DNA from: Zootoca vivipara
Lineage: Eukaryota
Direction of reading: 5' to 3'
DNA length: 64,000 nt
Assembly (NCBI RefSeq): GCF_963506605.1
Contig: NC_083280.1
Coordinates: forward strand, 23,746,001 to 23,810,000
The translations under genes were made by a program, and so were the position numbers. The notes under the pieces are model-generated. The model had not been told where the DNA came from. It searched no databases and saw only the letters and a list, made by a program, of their open reading frames with translations. This document shows, one piece after another, positions 51,006 through 61,700 of this stretch (positions within the stretch are counted from its first letter, which is position 1; the number at the start of each line of letters is the position of its first letter).

Positions 51006-52988
51006 AGGGGAAACTCTTCTCCGTAAACCTCTAGTGTTCTATGCAGAGCAGGCTGGGGGACCTGTGGCCCTCCAGAGGCCGCTGAGGCACAACTGTCACC
51101 TTCCTTGACCAATAACCCCTGGAGGGTAACTGGTTCTCCATCCCGGATGGGAGCCCCCACCTGCAACCCAGGCTACAGGGGCAGGTTTGCTGCCCAGGAA
51201 GCTAAATAAATTCCCGAGTAAGATAGACACTGAAGCAACAGATATGATGCTAACCTGAGTAGCGTTGTTCTGTCTTCACTTTGAAATGGAAAATACAAAA
51301 GTTTCTGGGAATTTAATTATGATGCTACTGTTGCCGCTGAGATGAACCCTGTCAAAATACTCGCCTGTGTTTACTCAAGATTACCATTCACAGTATACCC
51401 ATTTATGCCATGTGGAATGACTTCAACAGAGACATCTGCAGTTTATGTTAGCCTCTTGAGCACATTTACAGGTTGACAACAAAGGCTTCCTGAAGCAGGA
51501 TTGTCTATGAGGACAAGAGGCTGGAAAAGGCTCCATTTCATGAATGACATTCCTGTTGTTTCATGTCGGCTTTTCCAGAGGTGTTTCCTCTGGGTTCCCA
51601 GGTAATGACAGCACCAGACCGACTTTTTCTTGACTGTGAGAAATTTGCACACATTACCTTATCCATATGCTTTCACTTGGCCATATTGTAAATATTATGG
51701 TGCATACTGAGGCACAGTTATACCTGGAGAAAAATCCTCTCTCGATCAAAGGGTTATTTATTTATTTTTGCTTTTACTGTATCTCAGATATGATCCTTGT
51801 CCAGCTGGATTACCCATTAAAAGCATAAAAAGAACAAATATTAGCTAGCCATTTAGCATAGGTAGAATAATTGCTCATCCGAGCACAAACAGAACAGCTG
51901 TTCCTGCCTTCCTAAAGTTTGGGGGTCAACCACTGAACCCGACAAGCAGTATAGTTAAGACATACCAAAGAAAGCAATTCTCCATAAAAAAATATAATTT
52001 ATTGAAACAGAATTTTGTGAGGACTAGCAGCCTAAATAGTTTTAGAAACAACCTATACAATTAAAAAATTTTTTTAAATGCATACTATTACAGTACTTTT
52101 AAGCAATGTCAAAGATAATGTAAGCAGCTGGCCTTACACACTGTGAGAGCCATGATAATTACCAGAGTTAAAAGGTTTCACATTCTCAGCTTTCAACTCT
52201 ATAACATTTCATGCAATAACCTGGTGAGGGGAAAGGGGGGCATGACTCATTAGCTTCTTAGAGGTCATGAGATAATTTACTCTGGTGCTTGGAAGAGAGG
52301 GCAGGTTTTCTACTTACCAAGAAAAGCTGTGAGCTTTTCATCTTGCTATTGTAGAAGACCGGCGGCCTTTTCTTCTCAGTTCCACTTAATGCTTTGTTTA
52401 CTTCAGTACATGACATGAGGTAGCTCAATGGTGAAGGCAAGATGTGAACAGCCACAGAGAAAGCAAAAAATCTGCACTGCCTAGAATGCCATTTCAGAAA
52501 GTTCCCCTGCTACTTAAAATTGAAGAGTGTTAAGTTTATGAAAAGTACATAGCAAAGAATTGACTTGTGCATTATGGATGCAGCCACTTATTCTCTCTCA
52601 TAAAATTGCAGTAAAGAATTAACTTTTCACCATACGTTCTCAAGCCGGTGGCTTAATGTGTTCTCAATGTTTCTGCGTCCTTGGTGTTTTTAGTGAGCTC
52701 ATGTGGATTCACAGGCCAAAAGGTTACACTAACAGCTTATCCTCCTTTGTTATTTTTCCCCTCCAAATGTATTTTTGCCCTACATCCGCAAGGCTTTCTT
52801 CCCCTTATGCATAAACCAACTGATAGTTATTCCCTTGCGGCATGCAGAAATGCATATGTATTTTAAAAAGGCACTTCAAATTATATCCATTTTAGTCAAA
52901 GCTTCAGAGAACTATAGTAATTATTATTAGCATTGCGGGGGGGGTTATAGTTCCAGCCGGGGGGGGGGGGCGTTTATAGTTGGAAAAT

Positions 52989-53325
52989 AACATAAGAAGA
53001 ACCAGCCATTGGCCCACCATCCTGTTTTCACAATGGCCACCCAGATTCCTCTAGGATACCAAGCAGAATCCGAGCACAAGAGCACTCTTCCCTCCTGCAG
53101 CTTCCAGAAACTGGTATTTAGAAGCATTGCTACCTCAGACTGTGGAAGCAGAGTACAGCCATCACCCTCGGTGAATTTGTCTAATTTTCTTCTAAAGCCA
53201 TCCAAGTTGGTAACCATCACTGCCTCCTATGGGAATAATTCCTAGAGTTCAATTATGTGCTGGGTGAAGAAGGAATTACTTTTATTGTCCTGAATCTTCC
53301 AATGTTCAGTTTCATTGGATGTTGT
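52989..53325. mobile_element. Old LINE-derived repeat (CATAAGAA-terminated, CR1-like 3' region)
   Basis: Related degenerate copies at about 4908-6135, 20680-20820, 24740-24945, 31425-31618 and 54517-54840. Confidence 0.55.
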
Positions 53326-55692
53326 GGTAAGGAAAGTAGCCTAACGGCAAAATGCACTGGAAAAGTGTGGTGCTGGATAATGTTTTCCTGCAAGCAAACC
53401 AAAACAAATTCTCAATAAACCACCAAAGCCATATAATCTCCCCACAAACTTGGGCAAACCAAGCAGGATGAAAGCTCAATAAGCAGGATGTCTAGAAGTT
53501 AATATCATAGAGTCACACCAGGCTTATTTGTGTCCGCTTCCCCTCAACTTGGGAGAAACTAGGCAATCAGTCTACCTGAAAAGCTCAGGGTGTAAAGAGG
53601 TTTGAACTAGTTGCTCCAGCTAAACTGCATGGCTCTCACAATCCACTCTTGAGTTCCTATACTGATAATTCAGGATAGTTCACCACTTTTACTGCCTGTA
53701 CAGCTTTCATGTGTCTGTGCACATGAATCTGACCTTTGAAGAGTTTGTAAGTAAACTGTTTTTAACTTACCTAACATGTATCTTTTCCTATGGCTGGGGA
53801 AGAGGGAAACCTTGGAAGTGCATATTTTAAAGGTTCAACAGCCTATATTTCTGCATATTTTGTGATTGAAAATCTCTGCTGGGCTTATCTTATATTGAAA
53901 AGGATATACATATATACCACAGCATAGGCTTTCAAAGGATTGCATGCTGAGCAAGGGAATACTAGTGCAAAAGAAAAAAGAAGAAAAGACAGCACCACAT
54001 ATTGACGGAATACAGCAAATGTATAAAGTAAGTCTTTGGATAATAAGAATCCACAAGGGAAAAGAAGAATGTCCATCTAAAATGCACCATATGCCTTCTG
54101 ATTCTCAAGCATAAAAGGATGGTATTCTGAAGATAGCCAAGGTCACACTTCACTGTTGCATGGATCCAGAAGCATATGGTTTATGTCAGCTAAAGCTCTT
54201 GAGTTTGTTGTGGTGGTTTTACACTTTGAACCTAATCTTCGTAGTGGAGTCATTTTCATTTTTTTGCTTCCCTGGCATTCTTCACATATAACAAGGCAAA
54301 CAAATCGTCCTCTGACAGAACTCCTCTGTTGTATTTCTTAATACAAAGTACCGTGCAAATACAAGAGACTCAAGTCAAGAATACAGGTACAGTACTCTAA
54401 TATCTGTCTCTGCCTCTAGGCTGCAGCAAAGATGATACCAGTGCATTGGCCGTCAGCAATAGACATGTGAAGTTAAATAGGAAAATTCTGTGTTAATTCC
54501 AGAAAACTGTTTTTATTCATAAGAATAGCCCAGCTGGATCAGGCCAATGGCAAATCTACTCCAGTATCCTCTTCTCATTGTGGCCAATTGGATGCCTATG
54601 GGAAGCCCAAAAGTTGGACCTGAGCATAACAGCTCTCTCCCCACTTGTGATTCCCAGACACCGGCCTCCAGAGGCATATTGAAGGTAGAACATTGTTGCT
54701 AGTAGCTATAAATTTGTCTTTTAAAGCCATCCAATTTAATATCACTGAATTTTGGTACAATTTTATAGGGAGTTCCATAAAATACATCATCTCCTTAATA
54801 CATGGTCTGATAATAATATTGTGATTTCAATTTGTTCTAATCTTGCATTTTAAATTCATGCGGCCTGCCCTGGGATCTCAGCGTGAAGGGAGGGTAGTTA
54901 ATAATAATGAAGACAATTATGTCAGAAGTTCATAGTTCAAAAATGAGGAAGAGAGGCCAAATCAAAGGGCGGGGGGAACACACACGCTGGGTCAGAGATG
55001 AAGCTGACAAGACATCAGTGCAATGTGACAAAAGGACTGGCCAGTCCAAATATGGGAATCATGCACCCACTTTCTTAGTGACTGCACACAAAGCCCATAC
55101 CAGGAACAACATCAACAGCATCCTTTGGGGAACATGGTTCTTGATCAAATGTGGAATGCAATGGAAAGAAGCTTGTAACCTGCAAGCACTGCATTAGGGT
55201 ACTTGGTAATGAATGCTCCCACATAAATGTATATTACACCCTTGAATTTTTACCAATAATAAAATCAGATGTACACATAGATATAGATATATAGATGGAA
55301 AAACTGGACTGTATTGGACTTCTGCTCCTGGAGCTGATTTTTTAAGTAAGTGACACAATAAAATGGCAAAATGTAGCAGAACAGTTGTTGTCCCATCAAT
55401 GCCAAATGACTTATTTCATTCTAGCTGGAGCTTCATATGCAAATTGTTTGTAAAATGTAATTGCTGTGGACATAGAAAAAAACCATCTTTCCATTTTCTG
55501 CAGCTTGGACACAGTTAATACATTTGTTTGTGCTATATACACAGTTTATCATTTTAAAATATGACATAATATTTGGCTTCAAGAGAAAAAATGGCATATG
55601 AAACTAATAAAACTGCATCTTTTTATTGCTTTTTACAGCCAATTGTTGCACGTTATTCTTTGAATGCATGTTTTGCAAAATCCATACCATAC

Positions 55693-58600
55693 CCTTCCAG
55701 TCTTTAATTTCCTTTAGAATAATTTCCATTTCCTGTAACAAACTGCTTATTGATATTGAAACGTTAACAAGGTGTTCCAAATTAATTACTAATTCAGTCA
55801 TTTCCTTCTATGAATGTCTAATTTTAATGATGTTCTTATGGGCTACGTGCAACAACTGATGAGTATTTTATTCAACAGTCCATGGCCTGACACTTTCTCT
55901 CCATTTCAGCTACTACAGCATGCAATTATATGGATCTAAGTGCACAATCCAGAATGTGGCATCTAGACTGGTGACTGGGAGTGGCTGCCAGGACCATATA
56001 ACACCAAACCTAAAGGATCTTCACTGGACCCCAGTACGTTTCTGAGAACAATTCAAAGTATTGGTGCTGACCTTTAAAGGCCTAAACAGCCTCAGCACAG
56101 TATACATGAAAGAGCGTCTCCATCCCCATTGTTCAGCCTAGACCTTGAGTGCCACCTCTGAGGGTCTTCTGGTGGTTCCCTCACTGCAAGAAGCAAAGTT
56201 ACAGGGAACCAGGCAGAGGACCTTCTCAGCAGTGGTGCCCTCCCTGTGTAACACCCTCCCATCAGATGTCAAGGAGGCAAAGAACTACACAACTTTTAGA
56301 AGACGCCTGAATACAGCCCTGTATCTGGAAGGTTTTAATGTTTGGCGTTTTAGTATGTTTTTATATTTTGCTGAAAGCTACTTGTGGTCTACTAAGACCC
56401 CTAGAACCTTCTCACATGTACCACTTGCAAGCCACGTGTCCGTCCATCCCCCATCTTATATTTGTGCAGCTGGTTATTCCTGAGTTCAGAATCTTACATT
56501 TGTCCCTACTGAAATTCATTTTGTTAGTTTTGGCTCTGTTCTTCAATCTGTTAAGAATGGGTAACTACAATCCCTATTTCATTGCACTAGATCTATCTAC
56601 ACTTTTAAACTTGCTGTACAATCTCAACAGCATGAGTCAAATCATACATCATGAATCGTCATGCTTAACCAGGGTCTTTTTGTCATTAATGAAATATTTT
56701 TGATTAGCTAGATGCTCTAAAAATATGAATCACTGAGTGGCTTGCTAGCTTCTTATAGGTTTAGAGTTTTGTCATATTTTTGTGGCATTGCAGGGGGGTT
56801 GGACTAGAGGACATACGTCTAAGATTCTATTATTCTATGATTCTCTCCAGCCAGCTAACTTATCAATTACCAGGTTTTGCTGACAAACTCCTCCAGTAAA
56901 GTTACCCCATGACCTAATATTAATGTTAGGTTGCACACTTAAACAAAAGCCTGATTGTTCATCAGTATGAACATTAAGTTTCAACCCAGCAGCCTGATCC
57001 GATTTTCTTACAAAGTTTTACCTAAATCTGCTTTCTAGTAAATTCAACTCACCTCTCTTCAATGGTTTCTAAATCATTCACCAAGCTTAAAACACACAAC
57101 GATCCCTGAGCCTTCATGGTTATCATGGATGCAGAAAACAAACATAGAGCTTGTTGTTTTCCTCAAGGGGCAGCAGACAAGTGATTTATTTAAAATATGC
57201 TTCAAGCCCACTTCAAGGGTGGGCTTGTGATTACTATTTTACTTTTAAATAGCAGGATATTTTCTAGTTACAGGTAGGTAGCCATGTTGGTCTGCTGTTG
57301 AAACAAAAAGAAAAAAAATATTGTAAAATAGAAATATTCCTCCCAGTAGCACCTTAGAGACCAACTATGAGCTTTTGCGTGCATGCACACTTCTTCAGAT
57401 ATACTGAAACTGTTTCAGTGTATCTAAAGAAGTGTGCATGCACCCGAAAGCTCATACCAATGACAAACTTAGTTGATCTCTAAGGAAGGAAGGAATTGGA
57501 AGGAATTTTTCTTTTTTCTTTTTAGGATATTTTCTGTTTGGGAAACATATACTTCTTAACTTATGTCCCTTCTGAGTTTACCAATAGCACAGGTGATCCA
57601 AATTACATGTAGAAAATTAGTGATGAGTTGTATAAAGAATTAATGTATTGAGGATTTCCTGCATAAAAACTCTGGCATCCCCATTTATTTGCTTTAGAAT
57701 TTTGTTTCCACCTATTCGCACAGTATACTATGTGTGTCATTTATATACATTACACATATATAACCTCTGCCTTTCTCTTTCTTGCAGTGAGGGGCTTACC
57801 TTGAGCCAACCCACCTTGCCAAAACAGAGTTTAATTTCACATAGCATACTCCCTTGCTTCTCCTCAGTAATGAATCCCAACCAAAGCACCATTCCTCAAT
57901 AACAAAAATGTGCCAGGATTTGTTGGCAGAGCAGTAAAATCAGCATGGGCTTATTTAACAGCACATGCATTTTCTAAAAGCACACATACGCACACCAGCC
58001 AGACCCATTACATTACAGCTATGTTTTAAAAGCACATGTTTTTGCAACAGCTCTGCTAAGAATTACTTTTTCATTTTCCTGTCCTTTAATACTCTTAAGT
58101 GTCAGCGTTGGCTTTGCACTACACACAATGTATCTTAAGAGTCGAGGATAGGGAACACAGGAATAACAGGATCTGCCTTATACCGAGGTGGACCACTGGA
58201 GCATCTTGCTCAGTACTGTCTACACACTGGCTAAAAGTTCAGACCTGGGACATTCCCAGCCCAACCTGGAGATTCTACGGATTGAAGCAGGGGCCATCTG
58301 TATGTAAAGCTCTACTACCGAGCTACAGCCCCACCACCGAGCTATGGATCTTCTCCCGAAAGGAACTAACACCTAGTGTAACTCAATCCCAAGCCAGAGA
58401 GCTCTGTAGCCCATCCTATACTATTCCACTAATGACCTAGGAGCATGATTGGGTGGTAGACCACCCACATGGTATTCTGAGTTCCTCCACCTTCCTTTGA
58501 AACTTATTCATTGGGATCAACCAATAGAGTTTCTGGGTGTATCTACTGGGAGGCACTGCCAATATGTTAGGTGAGCTGTTACCTTCATAAATCCAAGAGC

Positions 58601-58717
58601 TGCATGGGGTTGGAATGACACGGCTTAGATGTCATCTAGCTTGAGCTGTTTTCCTTTTTTGCTGTTTGTGCTTGTGTGTGTATACATATATATACATGCA
58701 CACAGGCAGCAAAAAGC

Positions 58718-58756
<39 letters not shown>

Positions 58757-61700
58757 ATATATATATGAGAATATATGGAAGGCGGCCCTTATGGGACCTC
58801 AGCCACAAACTGTTAATGGCTTTAAAATTACGGACACTATTTGGCCGAGCCTACATGTGGAAGCTTACACTATTACCACGACTCTGCCTTTCCCCAACGC
58901 TTCCAGGCATTTTTTGTTTGTTTTAATGTACTGTCTGAATTCAGCTAGGCTGGCAAAAAGGAAGCGTCTGAACTCAGCTCAAGGGGTTGCCAAGCTGAGC
59001 TAAGTGGCTGTGGGTTTTTTAAATGGAGTGTCTGCACTGAGTTAGGCTGGCAAAAAGCAAACGCCTGTAACCTTTTTTCTTTTGCAAGGTGCTAAAGGCT
59101 GTCAGGGTGCTAATTACAAAAAAACCATCTTCCTTCCTTCAGCTTTAAAGTATGTTTCTGTTTCCATTTGAACTTGGGTGCCTTTTGTGCTAGATAAAAG
59201 CAGAAGACAGCTTTACTGCTTGATGCCAGGGCAAAGAGGAGGAGGAGCAGGCAAGAATTTGTAGTTCGACAAGCATGCAATAACTCTTGCGTGTAGCACC
59301 CAACTTTGTACATACATGCATGTGTCCACGTAGGAGGCAACAGCAGGGCCCACAACATCACACCTGCACATAACCCCTCTGAGTGGCCCTGCAAAGCTGA
59401 CCACAGGGGCTGCCTCCTCATCTAGGGCACTATTTATCCTATGGCTGGCAGAAATAAAGGTAATTTAAGTATCAGGGATTGGGACGGAGGCTGCACACCC
59501 AGCAGCAGAAAAGTGACATTCTTGAGTGATTCCCACTGAATCATCTGCCTACATTGTTTTTGGGGTAACCAGAGTGATGCTCTTGCTTCCTTATTGGAAC
59601 CAGACTCTGAATCTGAGGGTGGTGAGTTCAAGTCCCACGTTGGGAGAAAAGATTCTTCTATTGCAGGGGGTTCGACCAGAAGACCCTCACGGTCCCTGCC
59701 AACTCTGCAATTCCATGATTCTATAATCCCTTAAACTGAGCCCAGAATTGCGTAGGTAGCCAATGAAACCAAATAGGGCTATCACCCTAGCCACATACTC
59801 CAGGCAGCCAGATCCAGACCACAATCTGGCAGAGGTATTTTGGATCATTTGAATGCTCTTCAAAGGCAGCCACACATAGACCATCTCATAGTAATCCAGC
59901 CTGGGGGTTGTTGAAGCATGAATAATTGTGGTCAGCCATCTTTTCCATAGGCTTCTCAACATCAGATCTCCAATTATTCATGGAAGATGCTCATGTAAAA
60001 AGCAGGGGGTGGGGCTGGATGTTCACCAGCTATCTTTCTCCAGTGCTTTCTCCAAATGCAAAAGATAAAACCAGAATGCAGTTGTATTAATTTAAACTTT
60101 AAGGGCATCAGTCATGACATTTGCACCTTTGGAAACACTTGGAATATCTCTACTTGCCTTTTAACTTGATAGAAAAGCTCAACAAAATATTCCTATTAAA
60201 ATTACAGTACTCCCCATCCCACCAAAGGAGACCCTTTTCTAGCATGTCTGTGATCCTCAGCTGCGAGGACTCATTCGTTAAAAGTATGAAGAATGCAATT
60301 TGATATAGCAGGCCTATCTCTTTTTCTGCTCTATTAGATGCAGCAGCCGTTTCGTGTTCTGCCACCTCCTAATGGCAGCCATTTTGTGTAACCATCATGT
60401 CCTCACTGCAGCCATTTTGTGACTGGTGCTCACGACACTTCCTCAAAATTCCAAATGTGCCCATTGTTGAAATTGTGGGGCATGATTAAATTTGGTGTTA
60501 CTGCTGCTGCAGTTGCTACTGAGGATCTCTGGGAGCAGTGCCGGATTTACGTATGAGCTATACAAGCTATAGCTTATGGCCCACTCTCTTGGGGGGCCCC
60601 AAAAAAAATTAAAGGGAAAAAAACCTGAATGTACATTTCCAAGATATAGGATAAAAAACAAATAGAATCGCTATAGAGTAGATACCTATTAGGTCCATAA
60701 ATTACAATATAGCATATATTAAACACAAAAAACAGTGACAAGTTGTTGTTGACAAAGGGCAGCTGGACATATTAAGGACCCCATTACCTTCAGTAGCTTA
60801 ATCTGGCCCTGTTGGGAGCCATCTCTACAGAAGTCTTTCTAAATTGGGCCAAGTGGAGTTTCTAAAGCACACTGGGAACACACCAGCTTGAATGGGATGG
60901 TTGATGTTGTAGGGTCAACTGCCAAGTCTCAATAGTATTTGACTCCATGAAGAACCCACTGACAGAAACTTAGGGGGTGTGGATGTGTAGAAAGGAAGGG
61001 CTTTTTTGTACCCCATTCATTCCACTCCCTAGGAATTACTGTGGGTTTACATTTGTTTTTAAAAGTTTTACCCAAAGAAAGGAAATACTGCCACCCTTTT
61101 AAAATGCTGTACTGTGCATATGGATATAAAAAAGTTCCTAGAACTGTTAGCAAAACAATTCTTTTTAACATAATGCACATGAGCAACTTTCTGCTTTTTA
61201 GGTGTAACAACGGTTTTAGACTCAAGGTTTGCTTGCATTGGAATTTATACACGCAGTTCTGAAAAGCAAGGCTATAAAGTGATAAGAGTAATATCCAAAA
61301 TGTTTACAAATACCGGTGATTAAGGGAGGAAAATAAATGGGTAAACATCTATAAGGTTCAACCAGAGGATACCAGAATCCTTTTAAAAAAATGCATCGGA
61401 TGGACCATTACAAAACATGAACCCAAAAAGTAACTTGATTCTTCATTGATAAAATGTCCTTTCCATTGTTAAAACAAATATTGGCTAGAGTACTTAGAAA
61501 AGTAAATAAGCAAGCAAATGGGGACCTCATAATAACATGTTCTTGTGAAGACAAGAGTTTTAGTGCTATAGTGCAGGCAGAAAAGCAAGGATGTAAGAGA
61601 GCCAGCCAAATATACCGTATTTTGGCACATGAAGCAGAAAAGGCAAAATAGCATCATCCTGGCAGCAAACAAATAGAACACAATTAAATTGGTGGAAGTT

